Shown here in pieces: positions 1-13,321 of a stretch of DNA of 64,000 bases (positions are counted from its first letter, which is position 1; each line of letters opens with the position of its first letter). Origin of the DNA: the human T2T-CHM13v2.0 reference genome, Homo sapiens; NCBI RefSeq assembly GCF_009914755.1, contig NC_060925.1. One strand, given 5' to 3'. A program made the position numbers and the translations under genes. The notes under the pieces are model-generated. The model did not search any database and was not told the DNA's origin. It was given only the letters and a program-made list of their open reading frames with translations.

Positions 1-2660
1 GAAATGGACAAGATAAAAATTATAAGATGGAAAGTATGTTAAATAAAAGCAGGACAAGAAATTATAAAAGAAAATAAAAGGACATTTTACAAATTGAATG
101 GATAGCATTCCACAGAACAGAGCAGATATGATTTATAGAACAGAAAAGCAGTAATCAAAAATATGATTCAGGAAAACTTGTTAGTTGAAGAAAAACTTGA
201 ATCTTTAAATTGAAAGACCTCATTTTGTTTTGACAAGATTAACAAAGATGCCAATGCCTAAATATATCCTGGTGAGCATTTGGAATTTCCAGCATAAAAA
301 AATGAAATCCATAAACATTCTGATGTCTTTGCATCTTACAATCTAACATGAAGCTTGTCCTATAAAGAAAAAAATGCAAAATTGGAGACTAGATAACTTA
401 AAAATCTTTTGAGGGCAGAAATTATTTAAGATCAACAGCACCTTGAAATGCTGAATAAACTGTAACAAGTGCCCCTTTAAATGAATACCTGAATTTACCC
501 TTTAAGTGAATTCTAATTTAATTAAAATTAAATAAATTCCCAAAGTGCAAAAATTGAAGTGGTAAATGAGAACCAGAGCTGTAAGGGGAAGCATACTTCA
601 ACTGCCCTGAGGACATTTTTAGACCTTGGTGGGGCTTTCGTTTAAAATGGCCTAACAGAGATGGATGATAGGTTGTTTAATGCATACAGTTTAGGATTTC
701 TTAGCCCCCTGTATAAAGCCAGGATCCTGCAAGGATCATAACCTCAGTGAAAGCATAGATGAGAAAATAAAACCTCTCCACTGACAAAAGGAGAAAATAA
801 GGAAGCTTGTGTTTCTTGGCTTGGGTTCCTGGGAACAGGGGAGGGATGTGTGTGCATGTGTAGGATGCCTCTCCTGAGAATTTTTAATCAAGTGCCTCCT
901 CTCAAGCAGGTTTCAGTTTTTAATCTGTATTAATTGTGTGGTCTAGGAACAACCAATAAAACACATTATCAGAAGAGTTGTAGGCTTGTAACATATACTC
1001 TACACCAGCTAATACAAAATCCTATACTGGGACACATTCTCAGACCAAGACCTGCAGGTTTCTCGCAGATAAAGCCCCAATGAACTTTGTGTTCACAATC
1101 CAAAAACAAAATACACACACACTTACACACATACTGCAAATGATATTTAGATACAACAGGATTAGAACCTGCCAATAATGTCACTAGACATAGTAAAATT
1201 ATCACATATGACTACTATATTAAATTAGTGACATAAAAATAAATATGAGGAAAAAATGTATGTAATTCTAACAGAGCCTTAAAATATACAAAACAAAATT
1301 GACCTATGTAGGAGAAATTTTATAGATATAGATAGAGAATTCTTACCCAGTAATTGAAGAATACATAGGAATATGTAGAACACTTACAAAATTAATAATA
1401 TGACTAAATGTATTCAACAAATTTCAAATGATTGATATACAGGCTACAGTATATCAATTCTTAATTACTTAACTACCACAAGGCAATTAAGTTCAATCAG
1501 TAATAAAAAGCTTTAAAAAAATCACACAAATGTATACATTTGGAGATTTAAACATTTTAAATAACTTACCAAATAATTAACTCGTAAATTTAAGGTGTAA
1601 CTATGTATCAGAACTTGTGGGGTGCAGCAAAAGTGGATATAGAGTTAAATTTTAAGTGCTCAAATTAGGAAAAAGAAAGACATTCATGATATAAGAAAAC
1701 AAGTTTAAAAAGCCACATGGTTAATCAAAAGAAGAAAGAAACTGATAAAGACGAGCAAAGATCAGTGGGTGGAATAGAAAATAAAGATACATGAGAATCA
1801 AAGGTTAGTTTATGGGAAAATATTTTAAAGTACTAAATAGAACTATACCTGTTTTAAAAATTGAATCACAGAATCTTTATGCAGAACTTAACAAAATTAG
1901 GACTGGAGAGTTTTACATACAAGTTTTAGGAAACCTTCAAAGAACAAAAACTTCAATCTTGTATGGAATTTTCCAGAGCATTGAAAAAGAGAAAATACTC
2001 TTAAATGCATTTACTGATTCTAGAATAGTTTTACAAGTCAAGTATAGGAAAAGAAAATTAGATACATTTTCTCTGAAGTTGGGAATAGGAAAAGGATGTC
2101 CACTGCCATTGTTTCTGTACATCATTGTACTGTTAGTCATAACCTGAGCAGTAAAACAAGAAAAACGTGGAGAGAACCAAATTGTCATTATTCACAAATG
2201 ATTTGTGATTGGTTACATAGAAGACTCAAGTGAATCTACCAATGTGATTTCAGAATTGATAACAGAATCTGGCAAGATTGCCAGATATTAAAAAAATCAA
2301 TATATAAACATCGACTATGTTCTATACATCAGCAACAAACAAAAAAGGTAATTTTTAAAAATCTCCCTTTTACAATAGCAACCAAAGTGCTAAAGAACCT
2401 AGGTATAAATCTAATAAAAGTGTAATAAGACCTTTAAGGGAAAAAGTATAAAATTCTACCGAGGGATATTTACCTAATCTTTAACAATCAGACATGATTT
2501 TTTATACTCATTAGATTAGCAAAAAATGGAAAGTCCAACATTAACAAATTTTGTTGAGGATATAGAGCATCAAGGATATGGTGGGACAATAAATTGATGC
2601 TACCATTTACTGAGTCATTTGTTACTGCCGAAGTTGATACTGTGCATTCCTTATCATCTA
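1..2660 (+). mobile_element. Highly degenerate ancient L1M (LINE-1) fragments, ORF1/ORF2-derived
   Basis: ORF 1812-2147 retains L1 ORF2-like peptides (FQSIEKEKILLNAF, FSLKLGIGKGCPL). The A-rich + strand continues through RT-like and 3'-like sequence. Boundaries are approximate and the region is probably discontinuous. Confidence 0.65.
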
Positions 2661-3782
2661 GGAATCCATTCTTAACTCCATATTGTCGGGAAACAAGACA
2701 AAATATTTGAATTCAGGCCTTTCTGGAAAATCCTTGACATATGATTGTAGTAGATATAATACTGCTACAGGAAAAAGCCTCATTGAACAATTAAGGAAGT
2801 AAAATATACTTCAAGGAGCATTTCAAAGATTGCCTGGGTCATTAGTTTTATGACTATAAATTTACTTTGAGTTTTCATTACAAAATTATGTAGGAAACAT
2901 CACGAGTCAAACATGGCATGGATGGCCTACAAAATCCATAGCATCCCCAGATGGAGAGCTGTTGGGAGAGAAGGCATGTACATATGATTAGTTGTGAATG
3001 AATACACTGTGTGAATTCATAGTGTATCCATCTATCCATGTAGATGCTAGTCAAATAAGTTAATGTATTTCTTTCTAGAATGATTATTTAAATATATGTC
3101 TCATTAAAAGTGTTTATATTTTTCCATATAAAACTATAGTAAAAATTTTTATTTTTCACAGTTCAGTGAGTCAGTCAATTATGCTGTTCACTTGTAACTA
3201 AGACTTGATGAAAAATTAACAAGTAATAAAACACAGAGAGGAAAGAAGAGTAAAATAAATTTTGTAATAGGAAGTGTAACTTTCATTGCCTATTAAACTT
3301 CCAAATACTCATATATATGTGGCTTTAGTCTTTATAGAAAGACTAATTAATCATCTTAGAAATCAAAGGTAGGCATAGTCCAATCCAATAAACTGTACAA
3401 TTACAACTGAAGTATTAAAGTTGTTTTTTATACTCGCTATCATTTTTAAGGTTATAGTGAATTTAGTTTGAATCAGTATGTTTAATATGATGAGGCAAGT
3501 GCCCCTTCAGCAAAGTGAACACAATTATTCTTCAGTTTCAAAGGACAGAAGATGATAATTTATTAACATATTTCCAGAGAAGAGTTTTGGTTGGTTAAAA
3601 AAAAAGGATATCCAAAGAATTTCTTGTAATCCTTATATAATACATTTTTGGTATGTATGTTCAATTGTTTTATCATTCTATTTCTATGTGCAGTACAGTA
3701 GTGAACATGTATAGATGGGTAACTTCTTGTAGGTATGTTATTTTATGTGTTATTTAATCTCTGTTTATTCTTTTTGATCAAG

Positions 3783-3806
3783 CACGCAAATCATCAGATG
3801 CATCTG
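3783..3806 (+). CDS. PRKACB: PRKACB alternative microexon a (24 nt, phase 1-1; x-RKSSDAS)
   Basis: tttttgatcaag|CACGCAAATCATCAGATGCATCTG|gtagga. The translation matches the RKSSDAS insert I recall from neuronal C-beta3ab/4ab isoforms. Confidence 0.92.
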
Positions 3807-5486
3807 GTAGGAAAACCCCTTTTTTTACAGAATAATTCTGTTACTTTGATTATCGTAAGCTAAATTTTTATGAGATATTTTGTGGCAATTAGAATATTTT
3901 GTGTTGAGTTTTTACAATTCTGTTTACTGAAAATATTTTTAGTGTGTGTGTATGTGGGGAGGGGGAGAGTATTTTTAGAAATACCAAATAAAGCTCTAAA
4001 GAGGTAGATATTTGAATAGGGGTGGAAGAAGATGGACTAATGCATTCCCCTAGATTTACACTTTCCAGAGATTTTTCTGCTGTTATTTAATGATAGAACT
4101 TGGTATTTTCATAGGTAACTTACCTTAGTTTCCATCCTCTTTTGTTCTTTCTGGCATGCACTAAATAATTCTTAAATAGAATAATGCTTTTATTAAGGTA
4201 AAAGAGGGAGATGAAACTAATGACAAAGTAGAAGGAGCATGAATTATTATCTTTTCAGTAACAAATTTTTAAACTGTTATTACAAAAATGACACTATTAA
4301 AAACATTATTGCTTGTGGTTCCTAATATTTTATCTTTCTCTAATAGAAAATTTTTAATAGCCCTGTTCCTTATTCCCTACAAAAATAGCCATCAACATCT
4401 AACATATTGAGACGTCTAATCCTCATCATCCCTCATTATTTTATCCTATTCCCCTCTCCCTTAGCAAAAGATCTTGCCTTCTGGTTCCCGGAAGAAATAG
4501 AATCTAGCAACTGTGAACTAACTCAGTTTACTTCTGTTTCTACCCATGCGTTGAAAAGCATCACTATGCCAAAAAATGCCTCCCTGATTCGGCATCTGCT
4601 TGCCTGTGCACTTCATCTCCCACTGATGTTTTACATGTCCCCGATGCTGCAGTTATTACAAGTCAGTTGCTGTTTCCTGGATAAACCATGCTCTTCTTCC
4701 ATGCCATTTATGTAAGATCGTCTCAGCCTAGGAGGTCTTTTTCCCCAACTTTATCTGCCAGAGGAATTCTTATCTTTCAAGATTCAGCACAAATGCTGTA
4801 TTCTCTATTATGCCTTACCTTACTGTCCAAGAATTTCCCCCTCCCAGCTCTCACAGCACCTTATAATTGCCTTTGTTGTAGTCTTTGTCCCATTCCATTA
4901 TGATGATTCATGTAAGCTTCTCATTTCCTTAACAGTGGAAATATGTTTATTCTTTGTAGTATTCAGAGTCTAGCTCAGAATCTGACACCACTAAATGGTG
5001 CTCAATAAATACTGTTGAAAAGATTGTTAAACCAGCACTGAGGAAGTGGAATGACTGAAAAATACTAAAGTTTTTCAAAAGGAAGAAACCAGGTGTTATA
5101 ATGCGTAATGTCTTTCCTACAGTAGATTTTGACTGAATAACAGAACTCCAGAGATGGTATTGCAATAGTTACAGGATATGTATGTCAATATTTGCTTCTT
5201 AATATTGTTATGAGGACTATTGTTGTGAGAACTTAAAGTTTTTGTTAGTTGTTGTTTTAAGGAAAATAAGAAGGTTATTGATTTTGGCACTAAACAATAG
5301 TTACTTATTTCTTTACCATTTAATTTGAAGATAACTTATTTGAATACATACAATCAAATAATTGAATTTCTACATTAACATTTTATTTCTGTATATAGTA
5401 TTCTGAAAAAATGCGTATTGGTGACTTCATGCTAATATGTTATTCATATAATTTAATCATTGTCTAATTTATTTTTTGGACACAAG

Positions 5487-5510
5487 CTTGCTCCTCTTCA
5501 GAAATATCTG
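5487..5510 (+). CDS. PRKACB: PRKACB alternative microexon b (24 nt, phase 1-1; ACSSSEIS)
   Basis: ttttttggacacaag|CTTGCTCCTCTTCAGAAATATCTG|gtaggc. Matches the recalled ACSSSEIS insert. Confidence 0.92.
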
Positions 5511-6252
5511 GTAGGCAATTACTTTTTAATAAAACAAATATTACCTTTAAAATTTTTTATTTATTGTTTGCAAGTTTTTATTTTCCTTATAAAGTTATAT
5601 ATTTTTAAGTATATCAAGTTAATGAAATATTTTCATTGATGAAGGAAATAGTTTGTTTAGTTTTGTTGGGTTTTATCTATATAAATGATTTATATTGTAA
5701 TTTCTTGTGTGGTATTTTAGAAAGAATAACTGTAGCACCATGAAACAGTAGATGTACAAAGTAGTAGAAGAAAGATTAATACAGTAAAAGAAAGATAAAT
5801 AAGTAGAAGAAAGATTTATAAACTCTTAATACAAAATATGAATGATATTCTTTTAAGAATTGGATAATGGTATACTGTGACTAACAACATACTCTTTTTA
5901 TCATAAGCAGTAACCTAGTTTATCTTACACAGCAGTCAAAAATATCTAATAAATACATTTGTTAAATGTTAATAGTGAAACATTCTTATAGTGGAATTAC
6001 CTGAATTATATGGGATGAAGTTATGCTGTGCCTGAATTTTCAGTCAGTTTTCCTAATGTTTAAAATAAACTTTACAATCTGATTTTTAAACTATGTTCTA
6101 TGTATAAATACATTGAAAAATTTGAGGGGGGATAAGAAGTAAGTTGTGTTTTTATGAACTTGTGAAAATGCATAAAAATTGTCTCTCTTTTTTTTTTCAT
6201 CTCTTGAATGTGGGTGAATGTTCCTGCAAACAAATCTTGGGTGAACATGTAG

Positions 6253-6261
6253 ATTCCTTTG
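6253..6261 (+). CDS. PRKACB: PRKACB alternative microexon c (9 nt, phase 1-1; DSF)
   Basis: gaacatgtag|ATTCCTTTG|gtatgc. Gives D-S-F before VKEFL, as recalled for the abc isoforms. Confidence 0.85.
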
Positions 6262-7912
6262 GTATGCTCATTTCCTTTAGAATGCAATGTGATAGACTAT
6301 TTAAATCATACAAACAGAAAAAATATATAATTGAAAATGTATACTTTTGGGAATAAATTAATTTTTTGTGTGTCCTCTTTTTTGTAGTATCTACTTTGTT
6401 CAATTATTTACCAGTAGAGAATAAAATGTGTTTCAGAAAAATCATTCTTTGAAGGATTTTTTTCTTAAGAAGAGTTACTAATCACTGTTAGATGCTTTGG
6501 AGATAGGTACCTATGGTCACACAGCTAGGAAGTATTAGAGCTAATATTCTAACTCAGATGTTCCAAGCTCTGAAACCATCATAATAATTTAAGTGGTTAA
6601 ATGTAGATATGGCTTATATATTAGAACACAATAAGTAAACTAAATAATTGAGAACTTCAAACTATATGCTTTATAGGGAATTCTGGGTTGAATGTGGAGC
6701 AGTATTTGAATCTGGCTGTCTCTGTCACATCTTATTTTATTAATTATCTGCCAACACTTTATTTCAGTGGATAGAAATTTTTTAAATAACCAGAGAAGAG
6801 AAAGGCATTTAGAAGTTACATCCACCAATATCTAAACATAATAAAATTCAAAGCAAATGCATGTGGTTCTAGATTGCTTATTGTTTTAGGGTTACACATA
6901 ATCCAATATATTGTGAAATATTTTATTTTTGGTAGATTTGTTATTAAAAGATGTATATTTTGATTAACTTATATTTTTACAAATAATTATGTTTATCTTT
7001 GCATCTACATAGTACACATAAAAACTAGAGATTTCATATGTGTAGATATTTTTATATGAAAAAAAATGTTTCAGGAACAGGTTTTCCTCATAGAACTATT
7101 TAATAACATCATACTTAGTGCCCATCCTTTAATGTACTCGAAAAGAAAATCCCTTTATATTTTGAAGTAATTCACAAAATATAATAATATATTTGATTAA
7201 TACTCATTTCTGATAATTTTCACATAAGACCTTTATAAAAACTTTTCCCTACTTTTACAGTATTATTTGACAGTAAACTCAGGAATATTGATGAGTACAG
7301 AGAGTATTTTAAAGAATTTCTTGCATATTCTATTAGTGAATAAAATTAAATAATGCCGGAAATTTTTCTTTTAGCTTATCACCAGGCAGGGAAAAGGAAT
7401 TTTTTTCAACTTACCATCTTTGACAAATACTGTCAGTCCTTCCTTTGATCAGTTACTTTTTTCTTAACTCCAGATCCACTTAGCATAAAGTGACAGGAGA
7501 AGCTGAAACAGGATGTTAAAGTTGTTTTTTTTACCTTCCCTTACTCTTTTCTTTGTCTCTAAATTATTTATACTCATATAGGCATCTGGAGAGTTTATAT
7601 TGCAACTTGATGTGCAAGTTCTATAAATAAAAGATAACTAAAAATATTTTTCAGAAGAAACAAGGGGTATATTTTGGGAATCACAAGTTGTTTTTTCTTA
7701 AATGCCACAGTGCATGTTGCAATAAATTATGTTTTTAATTTAATTTATAGCCATCATGTCCAAGTGAATGCCATGTGCAGATATGTCTGCTCCATGCAAA
7801 AAAAGAAAATCTTACCTATAAAATTACTCTTTTTCTGTTGTAACTAGCACATTCATTTTTAGAAGCAAGGATGACTTGAACCATCCTAAATTCCAAGAAA
7901 AAATAACAATTT

Positions 7913-8264
<352 letters not shown>

Positions 8265-9587
8265 TTAGATTATATTTGGATGATTAGGTAAAATTCTTTG
8301 ATTCATTGTTTTAGTGCATGAGATTTTCCTACAATGGGAAAATTCTAAGTTTAAAAATTCTTTTTCTCAGTTTTTCTAAAAAAGGCATTCTGAGAGTATT
8401 TTACAGTAAAATACAAAGGACAGTTTATAGAAAGTACTAAAATAATGTCTTCAGAGATTCATACTCTAATGTTACTTAAAAACTAATGTCTGCTCTTGGT
8501 GCCTGTCATCATCATTTTGAAATCTCAAAACATTTAAAATGCCAAAAGCCTTTTTGGTTAGTAACAGTATTTTCCCAAAGGTATGACATTGGTATGACAT
8601 TTATAAAGGAGGAAAAATAAAGTATGTTTTAAAATAGGTACCTATCTCACTTCGATACTACTGTATCATTGAGAATCTTAAAGAATTTGTGAGCCCTTCA
8701 CTAGTATAGTCAGGTTTTATTCTTATACCTAAAGATATGAACAACAATACATTTTGTTAATGCTATTTTATCTCTTTGGAATATTTTTCCTATTTGTTTT
8801 TAAACATCTGAAGTTGTTTTCTAAGATAGCTTTTGAAAATGGGGAAAGTTTTAACTGGTTCATCATTTAATTTACAAATTTAAAACTTCAAACCATAGCT
8901 CTATAAAATAATGTGGCTATTTTATACCCACATTATTAATCAATATACAAACACTTGGTTTTGAATTGCTTTACTTTAGTGCATTTTAAATTGGGTATTC
9001 AGACATTTAGTTTATGCTGCAAATTTAGAATGAGATTGTTAAACTGGATTTTTTGTTGTCGATGTTTTGTTCTGTTTTTAAGTCTTTGTTGGTGTCCTTT
9101 ATGTGCTAGTCTTTGCTTTTATTTTTTCCCTTTGCCATTAGTAAAGAGAACACAAATCTAATACATAACATAAATCCTTACACCTGAAAACAGCTCTTTA
9201 TCAAGATCAACTATTTTTGAAATTCCACGAATCAGTAGGTTAATGTTCTCCACATGTTTTCAATTCTTGTATCTAAAGGCTCCGTTAATATTACTGATGG
9301 CCTTTTTACAGTCACTATTTTGTCCTAAATTAATTTCTGACTTTCTTACATTACTTTCTAGTATGTTTTCAGGAACAGAATTTTTGTTATGACATTTGAA
9401 ATTATCAAAGTGGTTTCTTTATAGAACAATATTAGAGAATCTTAGAGATTTGAGAAGGTTCTTAGAGATACTAAATAGCTCTTTAATGTATCATGGTGAT
9501 AAATATACATTTTATCACAATAGATGACATGTCTTTTTTTAAGTGAGAAAACCATATGCAATATAAATATTCTTATACAGAATATAA

Positions 9588-9704
<117 letters not shown>

Positions 9705-10254
9705 TAGATTTTTCTAAAATTAAAAATCTTGTATTAATAAAATCAGGATTCTTGCCTAAGAAATTTATTACTTTAGAAATTTTAATTTTCATGTGGTGTT
9801 AGTAAACAGAAGCTTAAAATGGGAATTTTGCCATAGTTATACTTTGATGTATTAATTAATAATCTTAATGTATGCCTAAATTGCAGGAAATAATTTCCAG
9901 TATAATACCTAATTATAAATTTGATACTGATTCCAGTTGCTATAAAATCTTAATATTTTCAAATATATTAATTTTGAATTATGCCTTTGATAGCATACTT
10001 ATAATTTTTATTAATTACAAAAATAAGAGTCCTTACGTACAGTTTAAAATTCTCAGTCATAGAGAATTTGGCTATCAACAACATCCCTGATACACAGGCA
10101 TCTTTTTTATCATCATTTTGATGGGTTATGTTCTATATAATTAAAGTATTTTAGATCTTAACTAGGATCTAAAAACTGTATATAAAAAACCATCTATACT
10201 TTACAAAAATAATATTTTTGGAGTTATAAATAATGAATGAATTTTAATAGTAAA

Positions 10255-10493
10255 TTAAATTTTGTTATACTTCAAGTTCTGGGTTGCATGTGCAGAATGT
10301 GCAGGTTTGTTACATAGGTATAAATATGCCATGGTGGTTGCTGCATCCATCAACCCGTCATCTACATTAGGTATTTCTCCTAATGCTATCCCTCCCCTAG
10401 CCCCCCACCCCGCGACAGGCCCCGGTGTGTGATGTTCCCCTCCCTGTGTCCATGTGTTCTCATTGTTCAACTCCCACTTATGAGTGAGAACAT
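10255..10493 (-). mobile_element. L1PA 3' end fragment
   Basis: Reverse complement of an L1PA 3'UTR (ctcccacttatgagtgagaaca; catgtgcagaatgtgcaggtttgttacatagg). Confidence 0.9.
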
Positions 10494-10496
10494 AAA

Positions 10497-10635
10497 GACC
10501 AAAAAAAAAAAAAAAAAAGAGGTCGTTATTTGAAAAAGATACTTGCACACGCATGCTTATAGTAGCACAATTCACAATTGCAAAATAGTGGAACCAATGC
10601 AAATGCCCATCAATCAACGAATGGATAAAGAAACT

Positions 10636-10695
<60 letters not shown>

Positions 10696-11068
10696 ATGGA
10701 GTACTATGCAGCCATAAAAAAGAATGAATTAACACATTTGCAGTGACCTAGATGAGATTGGAGACTATTATTCAAAGTGAAGTGAAAGTAACTCAGGAAT
10801 GGAAAACCAAACATCATATGTTCTCACTGATATGTGGGAGCTAAGCTATGAGGACACAAAGGCATAAGAATGATATAATGGACTTTTGGCACTTGGTGGG
10901 GGAGAATGGGAGGGAGGCAAGGGATAAAAGACTACAAATATGGTGCAGTGTATACTGCTCAAGTAATGGATGCACCAAAATTTCACAAATCATCATTAAA
11001 GAGCTTACTCATGTAACCAAATACCACCTGTACCCCAATAACTTATGGAAAATAAAAGAAAAATAAAA
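10497..11068 (+). mobile_element. L1PB-like 3' end fragment containing an (AT)n tract
   Basis: aaaagatacttgcacacgcatg...gggataaaagactacaaatatgg...gtaaccaaataccacctgtacccc followed by an A-rich tail. Confidence 0.88.
10639..10690. repeat. (AT)26 microsatellite
   Basis: Perfect dinucleotide run read directly. Confidence 0.97.
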
Positions 11069-12090
11069 GATATTATAACCAAAAAAATTAAATTTTGAAA
11101 GTCTTTTCTGCCTAGCTCAAAAGTTTTTATTTCAAGTATTTTCTCACTAAAGAATTCTAAGTAAATGTTTCTTAAAGATGCCATTACTATCAAGATTTAG
11201 AGTATGACCTATAAGTTAAAACATAGCCACAAAGATTAAACATTGTGATTACAAAATGTTAGACATTGTGTAACATGAAACAATAAGAGAGGTAAGGAAG
11301 ATAACATATTTTTATAATACAAAGAAAAGCAATGAAAAAAGCATAAAGAGCAGAAACACATATTCTGTTGTCTATTAATAAAGTTTGTTTTCATTATTTG
11401 GTTGGTACTATGGTAAACATTTTAATCCATCCATGTTGATAAAACCTAAGATTAAATATTAATTAAATTAATTCAGTCAGAATTATAAGAGCTTTCTGTG
11501 TTGATAAAAAAATCTTATGACTACTTAAAATTATTTTAAATTTTAAGCTGTGAAATCAAACTATGATGAAAACAAGCTATAAGTAAAACAGAATTGCCTG
11601 CTGTCTGTAATGATCCAACAGAAAGCTAAAATGGGTCTCAAAAGGCAAGGTTTGATTTGCAATACAGATAAAATCCAACTACAGTGAACTGTAATACCTA
11701 TACAAATTCCTCACTGGACAAAGAATCATACTGCATCACATTTTTTCAAGCTAAACACTACATACTGGGCCTTCAGAATATTTTTCTGATATTTTCATGG
11801 AGTTCTTTGCAATGAAACCTATTAAACAAATGGGTCAGCAATTACTACTTCTTGCCATTTAACACATAATTTGTCCCTAATAATTTTCATTTTGTTGTGG
11901 CAGGAACAAATTTAATAGATTGATGCCTCCAATTATTTGCTTCTGTGCTGTAGTCAAAGCCAAACAAAGATGTTTCCTTATAACAAAACATCTATTCAAG
12001 AAAAAAAGAGTCTGATTATTGTTCTGGGATTCTGGCTTTTGGTTCTTTGTAGAATGAGGAACTCTTCTTTCCTTATTGTTGTTGTTTTAG

Positions 12091-12209
12091 ATAATACTGT
12101 GTTTTTATAATATAAAGAGAGAAAGCCACTAGGCTCTCTCATGCTGCTACTATCTAGTTCTATAAGCTTATATAAAGACAGAAATGAAGCAAGACTGATT
12201 TCTTCACAG
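12091..12209 (+). other. PRKACB: Candidate alternative exon in PRKACB intron 2 (ATG at 12141 gives 23 codons in frame with exon 3)
   Basis: Pyrimidine-rich acceptor ttgttgttgttttag, donor CAG|gtaact. 12141-12209 encodes MLLLSSSISLYKDRNEARLISSQ, phase 0. Confidence 0.55.
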
Positions 12210-12680
12210 GTAACTTTAGTGAAAGAGCTCTGATCCCTCAGTTTATCTATTCATTACAGTTATTTGCAAGTGCATTAAGTCTGTATGGCTTCTATGACTC
12301 TTTGTCAGTATGCCTCTGGTCAGTTTGTAATTATTAAAATATGAAACTAATTTATTGGAAGTTCAGTAGTAAGATTAAAGTCCAATACTAGGAATGCATA
12401 CTGGAATATAATCTTTAATATTTCAGCTGAGGCTCTTATTTCCTCCTATTACTATTATGCTCTGTTTTCCAATACATTCTCTCCTCAGATATTAAATACT
12501 TTCTTATTCAAAGGGAAAAATAGAACCAATAAACTGGAATCTCAATAGCTTTTTTGTATTGCATTTAAATGGATAGTTATAAATGGGATTATCCATTATG
12601 ATTATGTATTATTAAAGCATTTATAATTCCCATAGTGTTTTTACGAGAATTTTAAATTTTATTTATGTATTTACATATAG

Positions 12681-12848
<168 letters not shown>

Positions 12849-12984
12849 TAGTTTTATCAGCTAGACTATTAAACAGATTCAGTATAATGACTTACCATTG
12901 ACAGCTTCAAATAATTTTATTATTAAATTTAATTTTTATTGTAACTAAATTTTTATTGTAACTATATTATACATAGTTAGTATA

Positions 12985-13321
12985 CAGTCAGCCCTTCCAT
13001 ATCTATGGGTTCCACGTCCATGGATTTAACCAATCACAGATTGAAGATATTTGGGAAAAAAATTACATCTATACCTAACATGTACAGACTTTTGTTTCTT
13101 GTTATTATTCCCTAAACAATACAGTGTAACAACTATTTACATAGCATTTACAATATATCAGGTATTATAAGTAATCTAGAGATGATTTAAAGTATATGGA
13201 CAGTGTGTATAGGCTTTATGCAAAGCCTCTGTCATTTTATATAAGGGACTTGAGCACCTGGGCATTTTGGTTTCTGCTGTAGGTCCTGGAACCAACCCCC
13301 AGGGATACTGATGGACAACTA
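12985..13321. mobile_element. MER2-like TcMar-Tigger non-autonomous DNA transposon
   Basis: Imperfect terminal inverted repeats (cagtcagcccttccatatc ... gatactgatggacaacta), TA at both flanks, about 340 bp. Confidence 0.82.

Noticed and set aside
3715-3732. ATG GGT AAC (M-G-N), resembling the C-beta1 start
   Set aside because: Stops after five codons (MGNFL) in AT-rich intron with no promoter features; likely coincidence.
7361-7392. Strong acceptor tttttcttttag as a fourth microexon
   Set aside because: No GT donor follows at microexon distance; only a poor GC site giving a frameshifting 11 nt.
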